Of a DNA stretch of 64,000 nt, positions 28,022 through 38,570 are shown piece after piece. Within the stretch, counting starts at the first letter, position 1. The number at the start of each line of letters is the position of its first letter. Source of the DNA: Marispirochaeta sp. (GTDB taxonomy: Bacteria > Spirochaetota > Spirochaetia > JC444 > Marispirochaetaceae); the NCBI GenBank assembly GCA_963676835.2, contig CAXXFF010000001.1, positions 672,001-736,000 on the forward strand, in the 5' to 3' direction. The notes beneath the pieces were generated by a model. It saw only the letters and a list, made by a program, of their open reading frames with translations, was not told where the DNA came from and ran no database searches. The position numbers and the translations under genes are program-made.

Positions 28022-29365
28022 ATGCCGTATCAATCGAAAGAGACCAACGATTCCGGAACAAAACAGGAAACCAATACAGCAAAACAGCAGAATCGCCTGC
28101 ATATTCTCAAGCACCTGAATATTGACTATACCGAAGCAATCCGTGACCCCCTCTGGCAGAATATCTACCTTACTCCCGCCATGAAGAAACTTGTTGCCCT
28201 GGGCGAATTTCAGAAGCTCGCCGGTATCCGACAGCTTGGGCCCGCCTATCTGGTCTACCCGGGGGCAACCCACACCAGGCTCAATCACAGCCTCGGGGTA
28301 TTTCATCTGGCAAAAAGAATTATCGGAAGTATAGCCATGGACCCCCGCAGCCCCGAACTGAGCATCAGCGGAGTAAAGGCTTTTCTCTGCGCCTCTCTGC
28401 TGCATGACCTTGGCCACTTCCCCTACACCCATTCATTCAAGGATCTGCCTCTGCTTGATCATGAGGTTCTGACGGGGCAGCTGGTACTGACTCCGGACTT
28501 CAGGAAGGTTTTAGAAGAGGATGTTAAGGTGGAGCCCTACCGGGTCGCCGCCATTGTTGATGAAAACCTGGACCACCGCAATGACAACGAGGTGAAATTC
28601 TACCGCAGAATCCTTTCCGGTGTTCTTGATCCGGATAAACTGGACTACCTCAACCGGGATGCCTTTTTCTGCGGGGTTCCCTACGGCATTCAGGATACTG
28701 ACTTTTTCATCGACAAGATTGTCCCCACGGAAACGGAGCTGACCCTTGATGAGGGGGGCCTCGGATCGGTGGAGAGCCTTCTTTTTGCCAAATACCAGAT
28801 GTACCGCAGTGTCTACTGGCACCGTACCGTACGCATTGCCACGGCGATGATAAAAAAGGCGGTACTGTTAGGACTTACCGAGGGAGACCTTAGAAGCGAG
28901 GAGCTCTACAACCTGGATGACGCGGGCTTCCACAATGCCCTGACCAGGAGAAACCGGGACTACTACACCCTGGCGGAACGGGTTTTTCGCAGAAACCTGC
29001 TGAAAACCGCCTGCGAGTCCCCTTTCGATGAGAGAACCCACGGCGCTGCGGTGGATCTCTACAGACGTCTTGAGTTTGAACAGCGCATCGCCACTGAACT
29101 GCGCAGCAAATTCAGCCTTCAATTAGAAGACTGGGAAGTCATTCTGGATATCCCCGAACCGATCTCTTTCGAAGTGAATCTCAAGATTCACCATGACGGC
29201 GAGTTTGTGCCTTTCAGCGGTTCAGGCTCGGTTTTTACCCGATCTCTTGTAGAGAATTTCACCGCAAACCTGCGAAAAACCAGACTGTTCCTGCCGGAAC
29301 TGCAGGATCCCGCAGCACGGGCGGCACTGCCGGAGATTATCGATTCCGTACTGGCTTTAAGGTAA
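28022..29365 (+). CDS. HD-domain phosphohydrolase (SAMHD1-like dNTPase family)
   Basis: IRQLG..YPGATHTRLNHSLG, LLHDLGHFPYTH, DPDKLDYLNRD; ATG 28022 lies 8 nt after TGGACA-17-TACAAT. Confidence 0.9.
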   Translation: MPYQSKETNDSGTKQETNTAKQQNRLHILKHLNIDYTEAIRDPLWQNIYLTPAMKKLVALGEFQKLAGIRQLGPAYLVYPGATHTRLNHSLGVFHLAKRIIGSIAMDPRSPELSISGVKAFLCASLLHDLGHFPYTHSFKDLPLLDHEVLTGQLVLTPDFRKVLEEDVKVEPYRVAAIVDENLDHRNDNEVKFYRRILSGVLDPDKLDYLNRDAFFCGVPYGIQDTDFFIDKIVPTETELTLDEGGLGSVESLLFAKYQMYRSVYWHRTVRIATAMIKKAVLLGLTEGDLRSEELYNLDDAGFHNALTRRNRDYYTLAERVFRRNLLKTACESPFDERTHGAAVDLYRRLEFEQRIATELRSKFSLQLEDWEVILDIPEPISFEVNLKIHHDGEFVPFSGSGSVFTRSLVENFTANLRKTRLFLPELQDPAARAALPEIIDSVLALR

Positions 29366-29462
29366 CGGGGAAAAGAATATTCAGATAATGAGTGAATCTT
29401 GCAGAAGGGTGCGAAAGATATTACAGTGGGCCTTTAATGCTGCACTGCTATAAGAGAGGGAA

Positions 29463-29918
29463 ATGAAATACTCCAAACTAATGCGGGAACGGATCCAGCG
29501 GGTTAACGTACTGTTTAAAGAGCTGGGCTATGACACCTTTGACAACTCCGGAGACGAGGCTTCGTTTATCGCCGGATTTGAAAACAAGGAAGGTTCCGCC
29601 GGTGAATTCTACATCGATATGGACAATAAATTCCTGGAGATTGCCTACACCTTCTCATTTCCTCCGGCCATCGCAGCTTTCCTGCAGCGGCGTCTGGTTG
29701 ATATGCTCAAGCTCTGCTACGAATTCGGCTGTTACATCAATATAACCAAAGACGACGAAATAGCCTTTTCCATCTTCTCCAAGATCTACTTTGCGGGGCT
29801 TAACTTTTACAGCCTCAAAGAGACCCTGAAAGACTTCAACCTCTGTGTAACTGCCATAAAAGAGGCGGTGGATATACATACGGAAGAGGAAGAAGAGACC
29901 GAAACGGACGAAGACTAG
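29463..29918 (+). CDS. Hypothetical protein (possible YbjN/chaperone-like fold)
   Basis: 151-aa ORF, GAGAGGG SD, TTGCAG-17-TACAGT promoter upstream, acidic tail. Confidence 0.65.
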   Translation: MKYSKLMRERIQRVNVLFKELGYDTFDNSGDEASFIAGFENKEGSAGEFYIDMDNKFLEIAYTFSFPPAIAAFLQRRLVDMLKLCYEFGCYINITKDDEIAFSIFSKIYFAGLNFYSLKETLKDFNLCVTAIKEAVDIHTEEEEETETDED

Positions 29919-30202
29919 AACCGTTCCGAATGGATGGCTATATCATGGAGCCGTCCGGGTACCGATTCCTCAAGAAAATCGGCAATCCTCTGCATTACCT
30001 TCTCTCCCAGCTCCTTGGAGTTGGTGACATAGGCGGCGCCTATGTGGCAGAACTGCAGGGAATCCTGCAGGTCTATTTCCGCTGCAGAGACCTTGTATTT
30101 GCGGATTATTCTGTCTTTGAGGGAACGCAGAACCTGCCGCTTCTCTTTCAGAGAAGTACTGTCAGGGAGTTCTATTATGGCCTGCAGCATGGAAACTACC
30201 AC
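29915..30202 (-). CDS. DUF503 family protein
   Basis: VVVSMLQ..LP..TSLKEKRQVLRSLKDRI..KVSAAEIDLQD signature; GTG start after GGAGG. Confidence 0.85.
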   Translation of the reverse strand: MVVSMLQAIIELPDSTSLKEKRQVLRSLKDRIIRKYKVSAAEIDLQDSLQFCHIGAAYVTNSKELGEKVMQRIADFLEESVPGRLHDIAIHSERF

Positions 30203-30206
30203 CGGA

Positions 30207-31334
30207 TCAGCTTCCTCCGAGAATATCCTTGAAATCATCCATGGTAAGATCCGTGGCAAGATCTGCAGAGTCGCCGGCGGAACTGCTCTTCTCCCTGATC
30301 TTCATGGGAAGAAAAACCTCGTTATAGGCCTGTGCCAGCCGGTAGATATCATCCTCCCGGTATTCCCCGTCGGTCTTAACCTCCAGATTGTAGCCCCCTT
30401 CGGTCATTCCCCTGCGCATGACATGCACCGGATCTGAAACAGTAAGGGCAAAATGGGGACTGTAGACAAAGAGAAACATCAGGGTGAGAACGATTACCAC
30501 GGTAAAATAGAGAAGGTTATCTCGGGAAGAGAGAACATTAATCTCCCTGAGATCAAAGAAAAACTTCAGATCCCCCCGGGTATCATAATAGTAGTCTCCA
30601 GGTCCGAAAATACGGCTGTACTCATCGTTGGTATAGCGGCTGTAGATGGTGGTTTCTCCCCGCTGGAGAATGAGCAGACAGCTGTCGATTTCAGCATAGG
30701 CTGCCACCTCTGCAGGTCTTGCAGCACCAGGGGCGGAGAGGGTCTGCATAACACCGGAAAACCGTTCCTGTGCCTGATCAAAGGGAGACGGTACCCCGGT
30801 AAAACTGCCAATTAAGGTATAGGCAAACACAACAAAGACAAAGCTTGTTATGGCCAGGGTCGATATCTTTGCCACATGACGCTGGGCCATACGGGATTCG
30901 GTATTCTTAATCTGCTTGAAGATCTTGGTAATCCTCAGGAGCCTCAAAACCCGGGCAATGCGGATAGCCTTGACCACCTTGAGCACATTAAGGAATCCCC
31001 CGACGCCTGCAAACGCGCTGCCTCCGGCAACCAGGGCAAACATGGCCGGACCGGAGTTAAAGGCAAGCAGGGGTACAGAAGCCAGGAAATCAATCCAGCC
31101 CCGTTCCTTGACGATATAGTGCCCGCCCCTGCCGTCGGTAAGGGCATAATAGTAACGGGCCAGAAACTCAAGGGTAAAAAAGAGGTCAAAAACAAAACCG
31201 CTGTAGACAAGGATACGGCGGAAATCCCAGCCGAGTCCCAGAACAACAGCAAAATCCTCGAGAAAGGTCTGTATCAGAACGAGAATAATCATGAAAATCA
31301 CGATTCCCTCGAGGTACTTTTTAAGTTTTTCCAT
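30207..31334 (-). CDS. Ion_trans-type voltage-sensor domain protein with HAMP-like C-terminus
   Basis: S2 FFTLEFLAR, S3 WIDFLASVP, S4 KVVKAIRIARVLRLLRITK. Confidence 0.8.
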   Translation of the reverse strand: MEKLKKYLEGIVIFMIILVLIQTFLEDFAVVLGLGWDFRRILVYSGFVFDLFFTLEFLARYYYALTDGRGGHYIVKERGWIDFLASVPLLAFNSGPAMFALVAGGSAFAGVGGFLNVLKVVKAIRIARVLRLLRITKIFKQIKNTESRMAQRHVAKISTLAITSFVFVVFAYTLIGSFTGVPSPFDQAQERFSGVMQTLSAPGAARPAEVAAYAEIDSCLLILQRGETTIYSRYTNDEYSRIFGPGDYYYDTRGDLKFFFDLREINVLSSRDNLLYFTVVIVLTLMFLFVYSPHFALTVSDPVHVMRRGMTEGGYNLEVKTDGEYREDDIYRLAQAYNEVFLPMKIREKSSSAGDSADLATDLTMDDFKDILGGS

Positions 31335-31357
31335 ATTCAGGCTCCCTGTGCTTGACT

Positions 31358-32281
31358 CTACCAGCCGTTTTCAGCGGCAATTTTGTAAAGTTCGTCCAGA
31401 AGTTTTATATCGTATCCGAAATATTTAAAATTTCTGCGGGCCGTGTTTATCCAGCTTTTATCCTGGGTATCGGCTCCACGGTCAATCTTCATATTGCCCC
31501 GGTAGGCTCGGTACATGCTTGCGGTTACAGAAGTCAGCCGGGCGGTAGCTTCAATAAAACGGTTCTCCAGAAAGGAGACGGTGGAATTGACAGCACTGCG
31601 GTGTATCTGCTCCGGCATGGAAGGAAACTTGGAAATAAATGTTTCCACAATCCGTTCCGCCGCTGCAGCAGGTAGAAGACCGGACTGCCTGTCTGCGGTG
31701 GATACTCCGCTGGTCATACTCGCCACCAGAGGACGCATAAGCAGGCAGGTTCTTAAGACATTCACCACTTCTTCCTTACCCATCCGCAGGCGCTGCACCT
31801 TGGTCAGTTCAAAGTGTATATACTCTTTTCTCTGATAAATCTGTTCCATATACTTTTCATCACAGCGGTGAAGAATGGCATTGATGGACCCGATGAGCTC
31901 CCTGCGGGTTTCGAAATTATTCAGCGATGAAAGCAGCAGAGCCTCAAGATCCTGTTTAACCTTCGCCGCAGGCATACTCTGCTGACGGAAGAAGGAGATA
32001 AAGGACATATCAAGTTTATCAGAGACAATCTGCTTTATCAGGGGAACCGCAGTGGTATCGGTGGTTGCCGTCAGGGCCTGTATAAGAATGTTCCAGATAC
32101 GGTCCCAGTCGTAACCGGGGAAAAAGTTGGCTGAAGAGAGGGTGGGAAACAGCTGCCGGGAGTTTGCCGTGAGAAAATGGAGAACCTGCTCCTCTTTCTG
32201 AAAGGGGTTTTGATCCGCCAGGGCGGGATTTGCCAGTAGCCGGGAGATAAAAGCTTCTGCTTTGGCGGCTTCGCTGCTCAT
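31358..32281 (-). CDS. Hypothetical protein
   Basis: 307-aa ORF, co-directional with the downstream genes. Confidence 0.75.
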   Translation of the reverse strand: MSSEAAKAEAFISRLLANPALADQNPFQKEEQVLHFLTANSRQLFPTLSSANFFPGYDWDRIWNILIQALTATTDTTAVPLIKQIVSDKLDMSFISFFRQQSMPAAKVKQDLEALLLSSLNNFETRRELIGSINAILHRCDEKYMEQIYQRKEYIHFELTKVQRLRMGKEEVVNVLRTCLLMRPLVASMTSGVSTADRQSGLLPAAAAERIVETFISKFPSMPEQIHRSAVNSTVSFLENRFIEATARLTSVTASMYRAYRGNMKIDRGADTQDKSWINTARRNFKYFGYDIKLLDELYKIAAENGW

Positions 32282-32363
32282 AATAGGTCTACCTTATCCG
32301 TCTCTCCGGTTTTTTTTCTGCAAAAATCCCGGTGCTTGTGCTATTGTTTCCAACTATAGAGTA

Positions 32364-35300
32364 ATGCACCGATCAGATCTTAGCAAGGCTATTTTGATTC
32401 TCCTCTTTTTCACCTTTTTTACCCTCCTTTCGGTAAATACCGCCGCAGAAGATGAGGTACTGCTGCCGGAGGAGGAAGCACCGAAAGCCCTCTTTGAAAC
32501 AAACCTGGGAGATGCCGATGTTGATCTCTATCTTGACGGCACCTGGACCATCGACAGCAGCCTTGGTGCAGTATGGGGCACCCCGGGTCCGGTGAGTGCC
32601 GCCGTCCCCGGATTCAGCTCCGGTTTTCTCTTTGACCAGATTCCGGACCTCACTTTATCTCTCTGGCTTATGGACCGCTACTTCTTTGAAACAAGCCTCA
32701 GTGAAGACTCCGATTACAATACCTACCTCTTTGGTTATGAAGGCAAGGAGGGAGAACTCCTGCAGCATGCCAGGCTGGGGAACACCGCCACCTTTATCGA
32801 GTCCACTCCCCTGATGGAGGTTCCGGATCACCCTGCAGGCGCGCTTGGAGCTTCAGCTACCATGGAAACAGATATCAGCCGTCACGAACTGCTGCTGCGC
32901 TATCAGAAAACTTCAAGGATAAGCAGAACCTACTCGGGTACCTCCGAAATTGAAGAGCTGAATCTCGACCCGGGAGAGTACATACGGGGAAGGTATTTTC
33001 TGCTTCCCGATGAAGACATAGAGAATGCCGTGGTCTACCTGGAGGATAGCGACGGTGAGTATACCGGCGACGACGGCAGCACCTACCGGGAAGCCACGGA
33101 ATACGAAGCATCGGTCTCCGCGGAGGAGGGTTTTGTTGCCCTGACCTCCCGCCCGGCAGGCAGGGTCCTGGTCTATTACACCAAAGACAGCTATTCCGTG
33201 GGAGATTCAAATATCGGGCAGGATGCCCTTGCCGGGCTTAACGGCAGCAGCCAGCCGGACCCTTCCGCGGCGGAAGAAGATTTCTACTGGACCGCAGCGG
33301 ATTATGCAGGCATCGATTTTGATGCGGAGCTTCAGGTAACGGTGAACGGCACCACCTCCCTGCTTCTCTGGGACGGCGGGGCCTGGTCTCCCTTCGAGTT
33401 TCAGGCGGTCTATTCATCCACCGGCGCCTCTTCCGGAAGCACCGTGGAGGTTGAACTGCGGGAATCCGGCGCGGAGGAGGCAACAGCCAGCCTTGAAGGG
33501 GAATACGGATCCGGCAGCCTTACCCTGATCCCCTCCGGATTCAACCGTGCCTCCACCCGCTATCCCCTTGCAGACCTTATTCCCGAAGCCTACGGGCCTG
33601 ACAGGGAGGCCCTGCTGCCGTGGTACCTATGGTACGTGCAGGAATCCGGTACCAGCGTTATCAGTGTTCCCTCTTCGGCTATAGAAGGCACTGTACGGGT
33701 TACGGTAAACGGCAGGGAGGAAAAACGCTTTTCCCGTCTGTCCGACGGAACCCTGGAGTTCTTTTTTACCCTCTATCCCAGCGACAGCGTGGAAGTAAGC
33801 TATGAACTCCCAGACGACACTGCCTCCGGGGCGGACCTGCTCTTTATCTCTTCCAACAGCTTCAATCCTTTTCAGCGTATACCGGATCTTACTTTAAGGG
33901 CGGATCTAGGGCTGCGCTGGAATGTTGATCTTGATCAGGGCTACTCAGAGGAGTACGACCAGAGCCCGGGAAGCCTGCTGGCAACTGCCGGAGCTTCCCT
34001 TGAGAAGGAGACTGCAGGCTTTACCATAAACGGCGGCGTTTCCCTGGGGACCCACGATACCCGGGGCTACCTGCGCCTGGCAGGAATGGACACCGGGGCA
34101 ACCGGTTTTTCCATAAGCGGACACACCCTGTTTCCGGCGGCTCCTTCCGCTTCCTATGCTGCAGCAAGTCTTGGAGAACTGAGCTATACGGATTACTACA
34201 AATACCTGGATACCGGCGGCAGCAGCCTGCAGGAATATACCTGGACACCTCCATCCGATCAGGTCTACGCCTATGGCGACGGTAATCCCGTTGGGCCCTC
34301 GGTCTCCCTGGCTGAGGATGATGACATCGACGGCCGGGTCGCGGTTCTGGACTACAGCCTCGATGATGGCGAATGGGTGGGCGCCCAGATAAATGCCGGG
34401 GATACACTGGACCTTTCCGGAGCCGCGGCAGTCTCCTTCAGATACAGGCTTACCAATACAGGAGGAGGAACCCCGGCACTTATCTTCCGCGCCGGTGCTG
34501 TTTCTGAAGACATTGATGATGACGGTATACTGGACAACGAAAGCGGCGCCTATGATACCGGTTTCGACTACAACATTGCCGGTGACACTCTTTATGTAGG
34601 CGGTGGGGGAAACGGCCCCCGGGGAGAGTACGGAAACGGATCGGAAGAGACCGAGGATGCCGACGGGAACGATCTCTTAAACCCGGAAGTCAGTTCCCGC
34701 ACCGTAACCCTCACCCCGCCCTCGGGAACAAGCGTAGACGGGGTCTGGCACACCGTCTACATTCCCCTCTCCCGGGCGGAGAGAAGCGCACTTTCGTCCA
34801 CCAGGGCAGTTCAGATTCTACTGGAAAACAGCGGAGTAACCTCTTCCGGAAAGCTTCTCATCGGAGAAGTGCAGTTTCAGGGGACCGGATTTGTTCCCGT
34901 CAACACGAACACCTCCGTAAGCGAGCTCTCTGAATATGAGCTTGAAAGCGGTGAAGCACCGACACAGAAGCTCTATGCGGCCTACGATCTGGTGGATACC
35001 CGTTTTAATGACGGCAACGACGACCAGCAGGTGATGCGGATGGAATGGTCCGGAGGAGCTGCAGAAGCGGCAGGGCCCCTGAATGAGGTTCCCCTTTCCG
35101 CCTACGATACCCTGCGCTTCTACTACCGGCTGGAAGCCGCCACAGGAGATACGGAAGACATTCAGCTCGATATTGAAGGGGACGAAGGAACCTTCTCTAT
35201 CAGCCTCAATACAATCAATACTTCAACAGAATGGAGTGAAGTTGAGGTGGACCTTGCAAATAGAACAGTATCTGTCCAGGGTGATACTCCGGCATCCTCT

Positions 35301-37103
35301 ACTGTAAGCGGAAGCCGGGATATCGTCGTCAGACGGGCGCGGATAAGCACGTCCACCAGTGACGGGGTTCTTTTTCTCGACGAACTGCATCTGGCAGACC
35401 CGGTTTCCGCCGCCGATTTCGGCGTGGTAAGCAGTGCCCGCTACTCCCGTCCGGGAGAAATTCTTTCCGCAGGCGGGATACCCCTGCTGGGCAACTTCAC
35501 CTGGGCCGGAAGCTCCCGGATAGCTTCCTCCGGCTTCGGCACCGGCTTCTCCGCTGCCGACGGCCGGGTCTACCGGGTCTATCAGGAAGCGGCTTTTTCA
35601 ACCCTCTGGTCCCGGGCGGACCTGTCTCTCACTGTCAGAGAGGGAGAATCGGGAGTCGAGACAGCCGGCAGCCACAGCCTTACCATCCCGGAAAACGGCC
35701 CGGTCCAGCTGAATGAAAACTACTCCCATGAGCCATCGGGAAGCACCTTCAGCTACAGCAGGGGAGATGCCCTCAGGCTCAGCCTGCCGGGATTTTCAGC
35801 AGCCGCCGGTGCCGCAGTCTCAGGGGATGAAGAGAGCCTGACACAGACATGGACCGCCGCGGCCTCGGCAGACTCCCGCTTCATATCCCTGTCCCCCTCA
35901 CTGAGCTTCAGTAATACCCTCACGGACACGGTACTCGACCCGGAAAACTATGGTGCCGGCTGGATGAATGCAACAGAACTGCTCCTTTACCGGGAAGATT
36001 CCACCCCGGGAAGCAGAAGTGTATATCTGGATCTGCCCCTGGAGAGCACTCCCTCAAATGACCTGAATCTCTCACTGGCCTCATCAGCATCCTCGGCACG
36101 CTACGGCACGGAAGAGAGGCTGCAGCTGGACAGTATGGAAACGCTATTCTCTCTGGAAGGAGTTCTCTTTCCCATGCACCCCTACCAGCTAAAATACCTG
36201 CTCAGCTACAACCGGGATTTTTCCGGAGAATGGAGCACCGCATCTTTCAACCGGGGAGAACATGCCTTTTCCGGGGATATCTCCTCCTGGGCGGAAACTG
36301 CAGGAAGTCAGGGCTATTTTCTTACCTCCCTGCCGGGAAGAGAGATATTTTTCCAGAGTGAAAAAGACCGGTTCACAAGCGGAACCGAAGGCTTTGAAGA
36401 AGCACAGTACTCACCCTCCTTGAACCTGTCATTAAAACGGCCCTTTTCCTCCCGCTTCAGCGACCTGATCATCCCCTCAACTCTCTCCTTCTCCACCGGC
36501 AGGGACTATCTGCGGGAGTACGATACGGTAAGCAGCTCCTTCACCACCGCCACAAGTGCAACCATGACAGCGGTAAACCTCACAGGAACCATGGGTGCCT
36601 ACCCGCTGGTTTCCTGGTACGAATCGGACGAAATAATCACCTCGGTGAATGTAACAACCCTGCAGGAGGAAGAACTCGAAGTCGCCTGGAGTGCAGATAA
36701 CACCCTTCGTCTTTACGGACACGACGACGGTACCCTGAGTTTAAAGAACAGTTTCTCCTGGGATTCCGACTATAACGGCATTACATGGAACAGCAGTTTT
36801 GAGATGCGCTGGTTTCAGAATGTTGAGAATCCCCTGCAGCTGCCCCTCCCGATTAATCTTATCCCCGACGGCGATCAGCGATTACGCCATACCAGTGAAC
36901 TGGAATTCGAACTGAGTCCCGGAGATGAAAGCTGGGAGCGTTCAGGGTCACTCAAACAGTCCGGCGCCCTGCTCTTCGGCGCACAAAGCAGCATAGAAGT
37001 CTATGCCGCCTTCGGGTTTGACAGTACCGGCATGGATGGATACGACAGTTCACTTAACTTTTTTGCCCTTGAAGCGGGAATTACCGGAGTATTTTCCTTC
37101 TGA
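32364..37103 (+). CDS. Very large outer-membrane protein, SprA/Sov (T9SS translocon)-like
   Basis: Signal peptide from ATG 32364; colinear SprA-like motifs (see findings); beta-rich C-terminal half; terminal Phe (GITGVFSF). Confidence 0.65.
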   Translation: MHRSDLSKAILILLFFTFFTLLSVNTAAEDEVLLPEEEAPKALFETNLGDADVDLYLDGTWTIDSSLGAVWGTPGPVSAAVPGFSSGFLFDQIPDLTLSLWLMDRYFFETSLSEDSDYNTYLFGYEGKEGELLQHARLGNTATFIESTPLMEVPDHPAGALGASATMETDISRHELLLRYQKTSRISRTYSGTSEIEELNLDPGEYIRGRYFLLPDEDIENAVVYLEDSDGEYTGDDGSTYREATEYEASVSAEEGFVALTSRPAGRVLVYYTKDSYSVGDSNIGQDALAGLNGSSQPDPSAAEEDFYWTAADYAGIDFDAELQVTVNGTTSLLLWDGGAWSPFEFQAVYSSTGASSGSTVEVELRESGAEEATASLEGEYGSGSLTLIPSGFNRASTRYPLADLIPEAYGPDREALLPWYLWYVQESGTSVISVPSSAIEGTVRVTVNGREEKRFSRLSDGTLEFFFTLYPSDSVEVSYELPDDTASGADLLFISSNSFNPFQRIPDLTLRADLGLRWNVDLDQGYSEEYDQSPGSLLATAGASLEKETAGFTINGGVSLGTHDTRGYLRLAGMDTGATGFSISGHTLFPAAPSASYAAASLGELSYTDYYKYLDTGGSSLQEYTWTPPSDQVYAYGDGNPVGPSVSLAEDDDIDGRVAVLDYSLDDGEWVGAQINAGDTLDLSGAAAVSFRYRLTNTGGGTPALIFRAGAVSEDIDDDGILDNESGAYDTGFDYNIAGDTLYVGGGGNGPRGEYGNGSEETEDADGNDLLNPEVSSRTVTLTPPSGTSVDGVWHTVYIPLSRAERSALSSTRAVQILLENSGVTSSGKLLIGEVQFQGTGFVPVNTNTSVSELSEYELESGEAPTQKLYAAYDLVDTRFNDGNDDQQVMRMEWSGGAAEAAGPLNEVPLSAYDTLRFYYRLEAATGDTEDIQLDIEGDEGTFSISLNTINTSTEWSEVEVDLANRTVSVQGDTPASSTVSGSRDIVVRRARISTSTSDGVLFLDELHLADPVSAADFGVVSSARYSRPGEILSAGGIPLLGNFTWAGSSRIASSGFGTGFSAADGRVYRVYQEAAFSTLWSRADLSLTVREGESGVETAGSHSLTIPENGPVQLNENYSHEPSGSTFSYSRGDALRLSLPGFSAAAGAAVSGDEESLTQTWTAAASADSRFISLSPSLSFSNTLTDTVLDPENYGAGWMNATELLLYREDSTPGSRSVYLDLPLESTPSNDLNLSLASSASSARYGTEERLQLDSMETLFSLEGVLFPMHPYQLKYLLSYNRDFSGEWSTASFNRGEHAFSGDISSWAETAGSQGYFLTSLPGREIFFQSEKDRFTSGTEGFEEAQYSPSLNLSLKRPFSSRFSDLIIPSTLSFSTGRDYLREYDTVSSSFTTATSATMTAVNLTGTMGAYPLVSWYESDEIITSVNVTTLQEEELEVAWSADNTLRLYGHDDGTLSLKNSFSWDSDYNGITWNSSFEMRWFQNVENPLQLPLPINLIPDGDQRLRHTSELEFELSPGDESWERSGSLKQSGALLFGAQSSIEVYAAFGFDSTGMDGYDSSLNFFALEAGITGVFSF

Positions 37104-37231
37104 TCGGGATCATGTTCCCGGAAGAATCCTCCTTGTATATCGGATTGAGAAATTGTAGTTTAATAAAAGTGGAGTATACTTAATTATATATGGACAGCAG
37201 ATTAAACTGCGGCTGTATAAGGAGAAAGATA

Positions 37232-38548
37232 ATGGGAGAACGATCATTCCGCCTGCTTTTAGCATCAGCTTTGCTCATTATGGCATCTGCCCTGTGGGCC
37301 GAGTCCGACGGTGAAAGCGGTTTCGATTTCGGTCTCGGCATCGATATCGGTGCTGTAGGCTTTCAGGAAAACGGAGAAACCGTAGCCTACCAGAGACTGG
37401 TACTCAAGCCCGATTTCTCCATTGGTAAATTCGGTCTTGGTCTCTGGATTCCCCTGCACTACCGTTTTACCGAAGACGGTACCGATTTCAGGGAGGAAGA
37501 CTGGGAGGTTCAGGACGGCGAGTCGGCCCTTGAAAAATACCTCCCGATTTTCAGCTATATCCGCTACGGTCATAAAGGGGACGACTTTTACACAAAAATC
37601 GGCTCCATAGAAGACGGTACCCTTGGAAACGGTTTTATCATGGGGGGATATGCAAACACCCACTTTCTGCCGGATACCCGCATAATCGGCCTCAGCCTGG
37701 ATCTTGACGGAAATCTGGTTAACTTCCCCTATGTCGGGGTGGAAACCTTTGTGGGCAACCTGGCGGTAATGGATGTAATCGGCGCCAGGGTATACGCCAG
37801 ACCCCTGGCAGATACCAGCCTGCCCCTGCTTCCGGAACTCCAGATAGGCACAACCTTTGCCACCGACCGGGAACCCGATGCCCAGTATGACTTTACCGCC
37901 GGTTCCCCCGATGCGGTGCAGATGTTCGGTTTCGACCTGCGTCAGCCGATTCTGGATAATCCCGCAGTCAGCCTGGCGGCTTTCAGCGATGTGGTCTTTC
38001 AGGATGAGGCCCTGGGAGGAATGATCGGAGCCGGCGGACGCTTTGTTCAGCATATTCTCTACGGCGCCCAGATGCGCTTTCTTGGTGAGGATTTTATTCC
38101 CGTCTACTTCGACGGCCAGTACGACCTCTACCGGGAGGCCAAATACGCCGTCTACAGCGGTGCGGAGACAATTCCAGCCTATGCCGGCTGGTATGCCAGC
38201 CTCGGTTTTGCCTTTTTGCAGGACACGGTTGTTTTTCTTTCAAGCATCGAAGGAAGCTTTGCAGAACCGGAAAACGACCTGGAATATCCCCATATCAATG
38301 CCACCCTCAAAATCGGTGAAGGCCTTCTCCCGGGAATATACTTTGATGCAAGCTACGATAAGCGGGTACTCAAAAGCTGGGAAGACTTTACCACTGCGGA
38401 TAACTCTGTTATCGGGGCCGGTATAAACTATAAAACCGGCAACGCGGTGATCACCCTGGCCTACACCCTGCGCTATGATCCCGATGCCGCAGCCGGTGAT
38501 GATCCCTGGATAACCACAGCCAATCTCTCCACCTCGGTGGCATTCTGA
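37232..38548 (+). CDS. Outer-membrane beta-barrel protein
   Basis: AGGAGA SD, signal peptide, alternating hydrophobic strands, terminal LSTSVAF; paralogous to the next gene. Confidence 0.75.
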   Translation: MGERSFRLLLASALLIMASALWAESDGESGFDFGLGIDIGAVGFQENGETVAYQRLVLKPDFSIGKFGLGLWIPLHYRFTEDGTDFREEDWEVQDGESALEKYLPIFSYIRYGHKGDDFYTKIGSIEDGTLGNGFIMGGYANTHFLPDTRIIGLSLDLDGNLVNFPYVGVETFVGNLAVMDVIGARVYARPLADTSLPLLPELQIGTTFATDREPDAQYDFTAGSPDAVQMFGFDLRQPILDNPAVSLAAFSDVVFQDEALGGMIGAGGRFVQHILYGAQMRFLGEDFIPVYFDGQYDLYREAKYAVYSGAETIPAYAGWYASLGFAFLQDTVVFLSSIEGSFAEPENDLEYPHINATLKIGEGLLPGIYFDASYDKRVLKSWEDFTTADNSVIGAGINYKTGNAVITLAYTLRYDPDAAAGDDPWITTANLSTSVAF

Positions 38549-38570
38549 TTCGGACAATAAGGAGGATAGA

